Positions 1 through 8,795 of a DNA stretch of 47,294 bases are shown piece after piece (the stretch's first letter is position 1; every line of letters begins with the position of its first letter). This DNA comes from a virus (lineage: Duplodnaviria > Caudoviricetes): IMG/VR virus record IMGVR_UViG_3300048599_000894, positions 1-47,294 of that record, one strand, 5' to 3'. The position numbers and the translations under genes were made by a program. The notes under the pieces were generated by a model. That model was not told the origin of the DNA and did no database searches. It worked only from the letters and a program-made list of their open reading frames with translations.

Positions 1-348
1 ATGATAACGACAATTTCTCTTTTATTTTTCGCAATTGCTGTTTTCACGGCAATTATTGCCGGTGGTTTTGGTGGGGCATATTTGCAAAAGCAAGCGGATT
101 ACGTCAAATCACTTGAATTAAAAATCAATGAGCTTGAAACGCTTGTGCAAAAGACTCCTATCCGAAACCCGATGAAAACCAATGACGGCCTTGAAGACGC
201 AATGGCTATCACAATTGACCAACTATTCAAGGCAAAACAAACGCTTGAATACATTGAAGGTCGTAACGGAGATGTATTGAGCATATTGCAAACCATTCGG
301 AGCACACCCCAAAAGTATGACTCCGACCAACCTAATCGAAAAATTTAG
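1..348 (+). CDS. Hypothetical protein, N-terminal TM helix plus coiled coil
   Basis: ORF track; hydrophobic N-terminus; tight spacing to next gene. Confidence 0.65.
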   Translation: MITTISLLFFAIAVFTAIIAGGFGGAYLQKQADYVKSLELKINELETLVQKTPIRNPMKTNDGLEDAMAITIDQLFKAKQTLEYIEGRNGDVLSILQTIRSTPQKYDSDQPNRKI

Positions 349-358
349 GAGCTAACAA

Positions 359-1087
359 ATGGACCAATCAATTGACATGAACGTGCAAGTATCCCAGGAT
401 GATCCCTGGAAGCTGGCAGACGAGGCCAAACCACGCGATTTTGAATACTTCGGTCAGATGATGGCTGATGTCTGGTTTGGATTTTTCCCGGGCGGCGGAC
501 AGAAACCGATTGCTTTTGACCCGGCGCAGCACCCGATTGATAAGCGCACAGTGATGATCGATATTCAGATTATCCCAATTGCTGCCCAAAATGTTGATTT
601 TGACATCCGCAAAAACTACACCGATTTTTCGACGGACTGGACCAAGATTACCCTGCCATCAATCAAGGCCCTGGGTGTTGACGGACTGCGGGCGCTCAAC
701 GGCAAATTTGTCCGCGTCGCCCAAGTTCCGGGGAAACGCGAAAAGAAAGACGAAAACGGCAATAAAACCGGTGAGTTTTACACTACCTTCAAATTCCTGG
801 AAATTTATGCCGATGAAGCGGCTTGCGTTACCGCCTACGAAGGCAATAGCTCCCATACTGAGCAAAACGATCCGCAACCGGTAACAACCGGAATCAGCGC
901 CGATCAACAAACCGCGCTGAAATTTTCCCGGGCTGTCATTGAAAATACCGTCAAGGGAGAAACTGACCTGGATGTCATTATCAACAAACTCACTGCAACG
1001 CTTGCAGCCATGCCGATGATCAACAAACATTACTCCGCGCAAAGCCCGGAAATTATGCAAATGGTAATGGAGGCAATGCAGAAATGA
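359..1087 (+). CDS. Phage hypothetical protein (possibly SSB-like)
   Basis: AGGAG RBS; lies ahead of the recombination genes; function inferred from position only. Confidence 0.6.
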   Translation: MDQSIDMNVQVSQDDPWKLADEAKPRDFEYFGQMMADVWFGFFPGGGQKPIAFDPAQHPIDKRTVMIDIQIIPIAAQNVDFDIRKNYTDFSTDWTKITLPSIKALGVDGLRALNGKFVRVAQVPGKREKKDENGNKTGEFYTTFKFLEIYADEAACVTAYEGNSSHTEQNDPQPVTTGISADQQTALKFSRAVIENTVKGETDLDVIINKLTATLAAMPMINKHYSAQSPEIMQMVMEAMQK

Positions 1088-1266
1088 ATGCTCCCATGAT
1101 TGATTATGACGCTGAAGCCGTGAAAGTTTTTGTGCCTGAATCTGAAATCCTTTCGTGGGACGAATCTCTGAAATTGGCAACAGAACGATCAAAAATTGCT
1201 GCCGATGAATTGCGGTACTCGGCATTGAATCTGGAAAAAGCTGCGAAAGTGGCGACCACGAATTAG
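1084..1266 (+). CDS. Hypothetical protein
   Basis: ATGA overlap with the upstream gene; GGAGG RBS. Confidence 0.6.
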   Translation: MNAPMIDYDAEAVKVFVPESEILSWDESLKLATERSKIAADELRYSALNLEKAAKVATTN

Positions 1267-1271
1267 ATAAT

Positions 1272-1349
1272 TTGGCGGCGGCGTGGTGGGACACGCAAAG
1301 GTATCGGTTTATCAAGGTGAACAACCAGGTTCGAATCCTGGCCGCCAAA
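1272..1349 (+). ncRNA. tRNA-like RNA / pseudo-tRNA without a canonical anticodon arm
   Basis: Acceptor TTGGCGG/CCGCCAA, D arm GCGT-GGTGGGAC-ACGC, T arm CCAGG-TTCGAAT-CCTGG; no 5-bp/7-nt anticodon arm. Confidence 0.7.
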
Positions 1350-1350
1350 C

Positions 1351-1477
1351 ATGCCCAATGATGAGGATAGAGATTGGCATTACCGTGAGGCTTAGAGCAA
1401 AGCTCTTTTAATCAACCCAGCCATCCGCTGAAACTGCGGCGGACGCGTGGAAACGGTAAGCCGGATAGTGTAACCGG
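1351..1477 (+). ncRNA. Candidate structured RNA
   Basis: Helices ATGCCCAAT/ATTGGCAT, TTACCGT/ACGGTAA enclosing AGAGC/GCTCT and TCCGCTG/CGGCGGA, then CCGG/CCGG hairpin. Confidence 0.4.
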
Positions 1478-1508
1478 AAAACAAAAAAGGGAAAGGAGTT
1501 AAAAAACA

Positions 1509-2246
1509 ATGTCAATTATTGCCGCAATGATTGATTCTCGTGAACCTGATTGGGTTAAAAAACTTACCTTTGGGAATGTTCCTGTAACTGTGGATGTGCT
1601 TGATGCTGGTGATATTTGGGCAGTTACAGACGATTCAAAAATCCTTGTTATTGAACGCAAAACGCCAAATGATTTCCTCAACACGCTCAAAGAGGACCGG
1701 TTATTTGTGCAGGCGGCTGGATTGCAGGAATTACGCAAAGAAGGTTATTGGCCTTACCTCATGATTACTGGTGAACTGCAACGCGGTCAAAATGGGCACG
1801 TTTTCACAGATCGGGAAACTGGTTGGAGTTGGACGGCAATTGAAGGGGCATTACTCACTATCCAGGAAATGGGAATTTTCATCACGCATTGCGCGAATGA
1901 TTTTGATCTTGAGCCGGCGATTATCCGATTAACTGAACGCAGCCGGGATGAAAAAATGATTTTACCTCCGGCGCGAATTGGTAAAGTTTTGGGAATACAG
2001 GCCGGTTTCCTTTGCGGTCTTCCCGGAATTGGTCCAGAAAAGGTTAGCGATATATTAGCCTATTGCGGTACACCGGCCTGGGCATTAGCTGGATTGACGG
2101 ACAGCACATCACAGATCCCTGGAATTGGCCCAGGAATTAAAAATAATGTCCGGTACACACTTGGCCTGAAAGACAATGAAGAAATTGGTATTTACGTCAA
2201 AGAAGGATTTGACGTTATTAAACCATCAATTGAGATTGGAGCTTAG
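1509..2246 (+). CDS. ERCC4 (XPF/Mus81-like) nuclease with HhH motifs
   Basis: IDSREP, GD(x)nIERKTxxDF, RLFxQ; two PGIGP HhH motifs. Confidence 0.85.
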   Translation: MSIIAAMIDSREPDWVKKLTFGNVPVTVDVLDAGDIWAVTDDSKILVIERKTPNDFLNTLKEDRLFVQAAGLQELRKEGYWPYLMITGELQRGQNGHVFTDRETGWSWTAIEGALLTIQEMGIFITHCANDFDLEPAIIRLTERSRDEKMILPPARIGKVLGIQAGFLCGLPGIGPEKVSDILAYCGTPAWALAGLTDSTSQIPGIGPGIKNNVRYTLGLKDNEEIGIYVKEGFDVIKPSIEIGA

Positions 2247-2249
2247 AAA

Positions 2250-2993
2250 ATGGAAGAAACTGCATTAGCAACACTTGAACTTAAGCGAGAAATATCTCCC
2301 TCTGTTTGGGGCATGATTCGCGAAATGGCCCCGGTGATGCACGAGAGCCGGCTGTTCGGTGTTGCCTCCGTTGCCCAGGCAACCGCAATCCTGATTAAAG
2401 GCTATGAGTGCGGATTTGGATTTGCCAGTTCATTTGACATGATCCAGGTAATTCAGGGAAAACCAAGTGTTTCCCCCCGCGGTGCACTGGCTTTGATCAT
2501 GCAGTCGCCGGAAATCACCAATATGGAAATCAAACGCCTGGTTGATGACAAAGGCAATTACGTTGGGCATAGCTGCACGATGGAACGCAAAAGCAAGCGG
2601 ATCAAGTACACCGCGCAATTCACCCTGGAAGATGCTGGCCGGGCCGGATTGATCAAAGATGATTCGGGCTGGAAAAAATACCCTGAAAATATGTGCCTTT
2701 GGCGTGCGGTTGGTTTTTGCGCCGATGTGGTTGCACCGGATATTTCCAGTGGCATGACCAGCTTAATGAAAATGCCGGAAGCCTATGGCGTGGCGCTTAC
2801 CCCTGAAGGCGACATCATTGATTTGAAATCATCAGAAGCGATAAAACCTGCCCAAGTTGCGGCACCAGCGCTTACTTTAAATGATCTGGTCGAAAAATTT
2901 GGCCCTGAACAGATTATGGCTGCAAATAGCGGGACGATCCCAGGCACGCAAGCGGAAATCAATGCCGTGGCCGTCAAATTAGGCGGTGTGTGA
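2250..2993 (+). CDS. RecT/Redbeta-like single-strand annealing protein
   Basis: IQVIQGKP, DAxRAGL, WKKYPENMxxWRA motifs; paired with an exonuclease. Confidence 0.75.
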   Translation: MEETALATLELKREISPSVWGMIREMAPVMHESRLFGVASVAQATAILIKGYECGFGFASSFDMIQVIQGKPSVSPRGALALIMQSPEITNMEIKRLVDDKGNYVGHSCTMERKSKRIKYTAQFTLEDAGRAGLIKDDSGWKKYPENMCLWRAVGFCADVVAPDISSGMTSLMKMPEAYGVALTPEGDIIDLKSSEAIKPAQVAAPALTLNDLVEKFGPEQIMAANSGTIPGTQAEINAVAVKLGGV

Positions 2994-3751
2994 TGGAGCT
3001 TGATCACCTGTCATATTCCTCAATTTCCGCTTATCTGGATTGCCCTGAAAACTGGCGGCGCAAGTATATTGCCAAAGAGCCAACGCAATCAAGCCCGGCA
3101 CTGGCTTTTGGTAGTGCTTTTCACGGGACTATCGAAAAATTTGTCACTGCTCCTGAAGCCGACATTATTGAAACCTGGAATCAGCAATGGTCAAAAGCAA
3201 TTGAAGGCCAGCCGATTTTTTGGGGACTTGATACGCCAGAAGCCATTTACAACGATGGCGTGCGCATGTTCAGCAACGCCACTTTGCTGAGCGAACTCAA
3301 AAAAATTGCACCTGGAATTGATGATCAAGGCCACAAAATTGAACGGCGAGTTGAATTGCGTGTGCCTGGTGTTCCTATTCCAATTATTGGCTACATTGAC
3401 ATCATTCTAGCTGATGGTACACCGGCTGATTTCAAGACATCCGCAAAAAGCTGGACAGACGACAAGGCTCAGGAATCGTTGCAAAGCCTTTTTTATTTGG
3501 CAGCCATGAACCAAATGGGTATTCCAGTTAACTGGAAATTCAAACACATTGTATTTGTCAAAACCAAAGAACCGAAAGTGCAAATGCTTGAGCATAGTCA
3601 TAAACCCGGTGAGCTTTTCTTTTTGTTCGACCTGATTTCTCGCGTTTGGCGCGGAATTGAGCACGAAGTTTACCCGATGAACCCAGGCACCTGGAAATGT
3701 TCCGAAAAATACTGCGACTTTTGGAGTGGCTGCCGTGGCAAGTACCAATGA
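2990..3751 (+). CDS. PD-(D/E)XK Cas4/AddB-like exonuclease
   Basis: LSYSSI..CP, GSAFH, GYIDI..DFKT, QxxxY, C-terminal CxxxxCDFxxxC cluster. Confidence 0.85.
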   Translation: MMELDHLSYSSISAYLDCPENWRRKYIAKEPTQSSPALAFGSAFHGTIEKFVTAPEADIIETWNQQWSKAIEGQPIFWGLDTPEAIYNDGVRMFSNATLLSELKKIAPGIDDQGHKIERRVELRVPGVPIPIIGYIDIILADGTPADFKTSAKSWTDDKAQESLQSLFYLAAMNQMGIPVNWKFKHIVFVKTKEPKVQMLEHSHKPGELFFLFDLISRVWRGIEHEVYPMNPGTWKCSEKYCDFWSGCRGKYQ

Positions 3752-3926
3752 ACTCAGAACTGAAAATCACCGCCTGCGCGAAGAAGCTTTATCCTGGCGA
3801 GCAAGAGCAACAAACCTCGAAAAACAGCTTTCCAGAAAAGATGAAACAATTTTGGCGCTTGCCAAAAAAATCGAGAAGCTTACCAAACAGAACGAATTGT
3901 TAGAAAAGCAAACCATCAAAGAGTAA
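3726..3926 (+). CDS. Coiled-coil hypothetical protein (start possibly GTG 3735)
   Basis: Heptad pattern; fills the gap in the operon. Confidence 0.5.
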   Translation: MAAVASTNELRTENHRLREEALSWRARATNLEKQLSRKDETILALAKKIEKLTKQNELLEKQTIKE

Positions 3927-3929
3927 AAA

Positions 3930-4766
3930 ATGGCCCAATTGTACAACCATACCACCCTAAAAGAAGAAAACGGCATGTTGGTACTGGCGTCACCGTATAA
4001 CAAAAATATGGTCGAGGCAGTAAAAACGCTCCCTTATACTGAGCGGCGGTATGAGCCAAATCGAAAAATTTGGCTGATTGACCCTAAACATGGTCAACAA
4101 GTTGTGCAATGGGTGCGTGATTACATAGGGGAGGCAATAAACCTCCCCGTAGTCGCTCAGTATAAGGGGGGGCAGGTGATGCGCCTGGTTGAGGTGCGTT
4201 ATTTGGGCGCGTGCAAATTGCGTGACAATGATATTTCCGCTGCTTTTGGGCTGGTCGGAAATGATTGGTCGATTGTGTTCCCGGAATCAGTTTTGCGGTC
4301 TTGGTTTGACGCCGGGGATGTTCAGCCCGCACCGAATGCGCAGCAAACGCTTTACCAGGTGTTGGGCATCAAAAAAACAGCTTCGGAAGATGAAATAAAA
4401 ACTGCTTTCCGGCGGATGACCAAACAATGGCACCCGGATGTTTGCAAGGAACCGAATGCTACTGAAATTTTTATACATATCCGGGACGCCTACGCCTTAT
4501 TGAGTGATATCGGGAAACGGGCGCGGTATGACGCTGGTTTGGCGCTGGAAGCAACATTAAATCAAAAGCAAAAAACAATTGAGGATTTGTTATCTGTTTA
4601 TCGGGCGCCTTTGCGCTGCGGAAATATTTTGGTTGAGGGTGTTTATAAGGTTGGGCGCCTGGAAGTGTCGAAAATTTTGGCCTGGGAAGATATTGTCAAA
4701 AACGGAAAAACTTTGATTACTTCTTGGCCTATGGGATCTGATAAGCCGGTCGAGGTGTGGGCATGA
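3930..4766 (+). CDS. J-domain (DnaJ-like) protein with HARP-like N-terminus
   Basis: LYQVLG..ASEDEIKTAFRR..QWHPD..F..IRDAYALLSD..RARYD. Confidence 0.85.
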   Translation: MAQLYNHTTLKEENGMLVLASPYNKNMVEAVKTLPYTERRYEPNRKIWLIDPKHGQQVVQWVRDYIGEAINLPVVAQYKGGQVMRLVEVRYLGACKLRDNDISAAFGLVGNDWSIVFPESVLRSWFDAGDVQPAPNAQQTLYQVLGIKKTASEDEIKTAFRRMTKQWHPDVCKEPNATEIFIHIRDAYALLSDIGKRARYDAGLALEATLNQKQKTIEDLLSVYRAPLRCGNILVEGVYKVGRLEVSKILAWEDIVKNGKTLITSWPMGSDKPVEVWA

Positions 4767-4878
4767 AAAATAATCGCATCACTTTAGGTGACCTGTTCTT
4801 TTTGTGTGTTTTTTTTTGGAATAGCAACTGTTTCAATTTATTGTTTTCTCGCATCTGGCGGGTTTTGAAAGGGAGAAA

Positions 4879-5262
4879 ATGAACAAATTTTACAACAACA
4901 CTGTTTTGCAAATAATCATGATCGTGATTCTGGTGTGTGCGGAAACTATGCTGGTTGTAGCTGAAACCAATTTTGAAAATCAGTCTCCGGCCATTGTTGA
5001 AGTTTTACCGGCGCAAGGTGCAGCTAAATCAGCATATACCCGCATGGCAAGAGTCACAATTTTGGCCGAACAGATAAACGTTTATACCTATCGATTAACT
5101 GAAGAAGGTGAAGTAGTTTGGACGGCGGCCGGTCAAGTTGAAATTGGTAAGCTGGTTAAAACTGGTTCTTGCCAATTGGATGGGTATGCACAAATTGAAT
5201 ATCGTGACCCGGAGCGGCCGGGATGGTGGAAGGTGGCTTACCAAAGGTGCAACGATGATTAA
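4879..5262 (+). CDS. Secreted or membrane-anchored hypothetical protein
   Basis: GGGAG RBS; hydrophobic N-terminal segment. Confidence 0.6.
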   Translation: MNKFYNNTVLQIIMIVILVCAETMLVVAETNFENQSPAIVEVLPAQGAAKSAYTRMARVTILAEQINVYTYRLTEEGEVVWTAAGQVEIGKLVKTGSCQLDGYAQIEYRDPERPGWWKVAYQRCNDD

Positions 5263-5289
5263 ACAATTTGAATCGTGTGAGGTACGAGA

Positions 5290-5745
5290 ATGCCAATCCT
5301 GAATTACACCACGTCAATTTCCGTTATCAAAACAGCCTCTGAAATCCAGGAGATCCTTGCTCGCGCAGGCGCGTGCACCGTGATGATCGAATACGGTCAG
5401 GATCGGGTTCCTTCCGCTGTCTATTTCGAGATCGAAATTAACGGCCGGCCTGTATCCTTTCGCCTGCCGTCTCAATGGCAAGGTGTGTACAAGACGCTCC
5501 AGCGCTCGACCGCGGAACGCCGCTACAAAACAGAAGATCAGGCGCGCCGAGTGGCCTGGCGCATCATCAAAGACTGGACAGAGGCGCAGGTTGCCATTAT
5601 CGAAGCAGGCGCAGCGGACATTGCTGAAGTCTTCATGCCGTACATGATCAATCCAGCATCGAACCTAACGCTATTTGAAGAATTTAAATCTAGCAATTTT
5701 CTTCTCGGGTCCGGGGATGTTGTTGATGGGGAGGTGCAAGCATGA
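5290..5745 (+). CDS. Conserved phage hypothetical protein
   Basis: GAGG RBS; QARRVAWRIIKDWxEAQ..EVFMPY pattern typical of a common phage family. Confidence 0.75.
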   Translation: MPILNYTTSISVIKTASEIQEILARAGACTVMIEYGQDRVPSAVYFEIEINGRPVSFRLPSQWQGVYKTLQRSTAERRYKTEDQARRVAWRIIKDWTEAQVAIIEAGAADIAEVFMPYMINPASNLTLFEEFKSSNFLLGSGDVVDGEVQA

Positions 5746-5999
5746 GCGATGAGCTAAAACGATGCCCAGACAAAACGACCTGTCAGAATGAATATCTGAT
5801 TGAGGAAATGCGCGCAGAGATTGAACGGTTGCGAGATGATCTCGAAACAGCCAGGAAGGTAGCAATCGAGGAAATCGCACACTCCAACCATTTGGCAGCT
5901 GAGCTTGAAAAGGTCTATGCAAACAATCAAGTTTGCTGGGAAGAACCTGAGGAATCATCGCCGGCGTTGATTGCTCATAATAAAAGGATTGGAAAATGA
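5742..5999 (+). CDS. Hypothetical protein
   Basis: GGAGG RBS; ATGA overlap. Confidence 0.6.
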   Translation: MSDELKRCPDKTTCQNEYLIEEMRAEIERLRDDLETARKVAIEEIAHSNHLAAELEKVYANNQVCWEEPEESSPALIAHNKRIGK

Positions 6000-6208
6000 C
6001 CAATAACTACGCACTTACTGTAAAAACATTGTCTTTCGCGCTGGAAAATCTCGGCCAGAAAGACAAAGATAATGTCATCAAGCAGGCAAACAGGCTGCGC
6101 GATCACTGCAAGGCTAGAGGCGTTCCGCTCAGTATGATCGGGGCGCTCGAAGTGATCCACTCAGTCGGAAATTTTTTGAACGCGAATGAGGTGAATCATG
6201 GACTATGA
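5996..6208 (+). CDS. Hypothetical protein
   Basis: ATGA overlap; in operon. Confidence 0.6.
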   Translation: MTNNYALTVKTLSFALENLGQKDKDNVIKQANRLRDHCKARGVPLSMIGALEVIHSVGNFLNANEVNHGL

Positions 6209-6380
6209 CAGCGTAATTACCCCAGGTGCTAAGTGTATCAACTGCGATCATCATAAGCAGGTAATCAATACATCCATTGGGCCATTGGTTCTGTGCGGAT
6301 TGTACGGTCAGGTCAATGAAAATGTTCAGGCCGAACACTGCATCAATTATTACGAGGTGAAGAATGAAAAAACTGATTGA
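6198..6380 (+). CDS. Small Cys-rich protein
   Basis: GAGG RBS; CxxC..C..C. Confidence 0.55.
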   Translation: MDYDSVITPGAKCINCDHHKQVINTSIGPLVLCGLYGQVNENVQAEHCINYYEVKNEKTD

Positions 6381-6675
6381 AACCGCTATCGCAATCATCA
6401 TTGCCGCCTCTGTTTTAGCTGGAGCAATTGAGGCCAACAAAAAGCCGGTAACATCCAGCACGCAGGAAGCACCGCAAGTTGGAGGCTACCCAGCGCCAGA
6501 GTATGGTTATCCGGTAATGCCAACACAATCAAATGACATCACGCTGCCAGGCTATCCAGTCATGCCAACGCCGTACAAGATACCCACTGGACAGCCTACC
6601 CCGCTAGATTACACGCCGGACCCGAAGATGACGCCGACCGTTGAACCGACGCCGATCAAAGATCCTAATATTTAG
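6364..6675 (+). CDS. Secreted Pro/Thr-rich protein with GYP repeats
   Basis: Signal-like N-terminus; GYPAP, GYPVMPT x2, PTP repeats. Confidence 0.65.
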   Translation: MKKLIETAIAIIIAASVLAGAIEANKKPVTSSTQEAPQVGGYPAPEYGYPVMPTQSNDITLPGYPVMPTPYKIPTGQPTPLDYTPDPKMTPTVEPTPIKDPNI

Positions 6676-6683
6676 AGGTGTTT

Positions 6684-7475
6684 ATGAGTAACATCGAGCT
6701 ACACAACATGGACTGCCTTGAGTTTATGCGCACCATGCCGGATAAAAGCATCGATATGATTTTGTGCGACTTACCCTACGGCACGACAGTAATCGAATGG
6801 GACAAACCCCTCCCGTTTGAGCCAATGTGGAAGCAATATGAGCGCATCATCAAGGAAAATGGCGCAATCGTTCTGTTTTCCGCCCAACCGTTTACCACCG
6901 ACCTGATAGCCAGCAATCGGAAGTTGTTCCGGTATGAAATCATCTGGAGAAAAACACAGCCGAATGGCTTCCTAAATGCAAACAAAGCCCCGCTCCGAAC
7001 CCACGAAAACATTGTGGTTTTTTACAAAAAACTTCCGACATACAATCCGATAAAGTCCAGAGTGGAGCGGAATGACTTAGGACGGGTTCGCAAACAGAGA
7101 CAGGATAGAGCCGAACAATACGGCAAGATGCGTACAGGTACATACACAGAAACCGGCGAACGGTATCCAACCGATGTGATTGATTTCTCGAACTGGAATG
7201 GGGCATTGTTCGGGAAGACCGAAAAAGCCACCAAGCACCCGACCCAAAAGCCAATCGACTTATGTAGGTATCTGGTCATGACCTATACCAATCCCGGCGA
7301 TGTGGTTTTGGATAACTGTATGGGGTCGGGTACGACAGGTGTTGCTTGCGTTATGCTGAACAGAAATTTCATCGGCTGCGAAATATCAAAAGAATACTTT
7401 GACATAGCCAAGCGCCGTATTCACGACGCGCAACAGCAACCATCGTTATTAAATCTTGTGGAGGTTACAGAATGA
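6684..7475 (+). CDS. N6-adenine/N4-cytosine DNA methyltransferase (beta class)
   Basis: DLPY catalytic motif precedes HPTQKP and LDNCMGSGTT SAM-binding motif. Confidence 0.92.
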   Translation: MSNIELHNMDCLEFMRTMPDKSIDMILCDLPYGTTVIEWDKPLPFEPMWKQYERIIKENGAIVLFSAQPFTTDLIASNRKLFRYEIIWRKTQPNGFLNANKAPLRTHENIVVFYKKLPTYNPIKSRVERNDLGRVRKQRQDRAEQYGKMRTGTYTETGERYPTDVIDFSNWNGALFGKTEKATKHPTQKPIDLCRYLVMTYTNPGDVVLDNCMGSGTTGVACVMLNRNFIGCEISKEYFDIAKRRIHDAQQQPSLLNLVEVTE

Positions 7476-8035
7476 CAGAAATCAAAGGCGACTACTACCC
7501 GCGCATGAACGCACTATTGCAAGAGGACGAAATCAGTAAACTGCAAGTGCAGGTCAACTTGTTGCTGACGGAAAACGCTGCGCTGAAAGAAAAGATTGCG
7601 CAATATAAAAAAAGCGTCACTGAACCAGTAGAAAACATATTGTCACGCGCGACTGACGCAACAAAATTAGTAGAACCACTTGCCAGCTGTATATCGTGGT
7701 ACATTGATGAAAACGGAGGTATAAACATAATCTATCAGATTGATCCTATTTCAGAAGAGGAACGTTTAGCAGTCATTGCCCATGTTCTTGCCAACGATGT
7801 AATTTATTTGCTTCATCACGTTGATATCTTGAAGGCGCAACTTGCGCAGTATGAAGAAGGCAGGCCAATGTCAGAAGCGCCGCGCGATGGAACATCAATA
7901 TTACTAAGACATGTTGACGGATATTACGTTCCAGCAACGCGCGAATCAGACCATGAACTTTGGTGCAGTTATGACGGTTATTATGGCGACGATGAATTCG
8001 AATGCTGGTTTCCGTTACCAGGCGGTGCGAAATGA
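7472..8035 (+). CDS. Hypothetical protein, DUF551-like C-terminus
   Basis: PMSEAPRDGT...CWFPLP. Confidence 0.6.
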   Translation: MTEIKGDYYPRMNALLQEDEISKLQVQVNLLLTENAALKEKIAQYKKSVTEPVENILSRATDATKLVEPLASCISWYIDENGGINIIYQIDPISEEERLAVIAHVLANDVIYLLHHVDILKAQLAQYEEGRPMSEAPRDGTSILLRHVDGYYVPATRESDHELWCSYDGYYGDDEFECWFPLPGGAK

Positions 8036-8235
8036 CCAACACTGCATCCCGTGAACTGAAAATTGCTCTGTCAACGTTACGAAAATTCAAGCGGATGAGC
8101 CAAACCGCTCTTGTCTCAAAACAGTCTTTATATCAAGCAAATAACTTCATCGAAACTGTGTACACCGACAGTGTACATGCCCTGAATGAGATTGAAGAAC
8201 TGATGGACAAAAATAAAGGGATTGGAGAATCATGA
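8032..8235 (+). CDS. Hypothetical protein
   Basis: ATGA overlaps at both ends. Confidence 0.55.
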   Translation: MTNTASRELKIALSTLRKFKRMSQTALVSKQSLYQANNFIETVYTDSVHALNEIEELMDKNKGIGES

Positions 8236-8792
8236 ACACTCAAATTGTAACTGGATCAATTGGCGCTCTTGCCCAGCAAGGAAACAAATCAATCGCTGAG
8301 ACGTTTATTAATGCCGATGTGATTGTCATTGTGGATACATCTGGATCAATGGCGAGCCGCGATTCGCGCGGTGGAAAAAGCCGGTATGACGTTGCTTGCG
8401 AAGAACTTGCAGAGCTGCAAAAACTCATGCCTGGGAAAATCGCTGTAATTGGGTTCTCCTCCCATACTGAGTTTTACCCTGGCGGCATTCCAGTTTATCA
8501 AGGTAATTCAACAGCAATGGATGACGCGCTTAAATTCATCAAGGTCGCTGATGCTATTCCTGGAATGAAATTTATCTTGATTTCTGATGGGGAACCGGAC
8601 GAGCCGCAACGAACTTTATCTATTGCAAAAACTTTCCAGAACAAAATTGATGTTATTTTCGTCGGTCCTGAAAATCTTCCTGCAGGACGTGACTTTCTTC
8701 AGCGCCTGGCAGCAGCGACCGGTGGAAAATCAATTACCGCAGACCGGGCGAAAGAATTAGCTGCATCTGTCAAACAATTATTATTGAGTTAA
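8232..8792 (+). CDS. vWA-domain protein
   Basis: MIDAS motif VIVDTSGSM, ST, LISDGEPD; LQRLAAATGG. Confidence 0.88.
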   Translation: MNTQIVTGSIGALAQQGNKSIAETFINADVIVIVDTSGSMASRDSRGGKSRYDVACEELAELQKLMPGKIAVIGFSSHTEFYPGGIPVYQGNSTAMDDALKFIKVADAIPGMKFILISDGEPDEPQRTLSIAKTFQNKIDVIFVGPENLPAGRDFLQRLAAATGGKSITADRAKELAASVKQLLLS

Positions 8793-8795
8793 CCC

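Noticed and set aside
659-1348. 229-aa minus-strand ORF
   Set aside because: Antisense to two coupled genes and the tRNA-like element; no support
2990-3751. cas4 of a CRISPR system
   Set aside because: Paired with a RecT-like gene; no other cas genes or array
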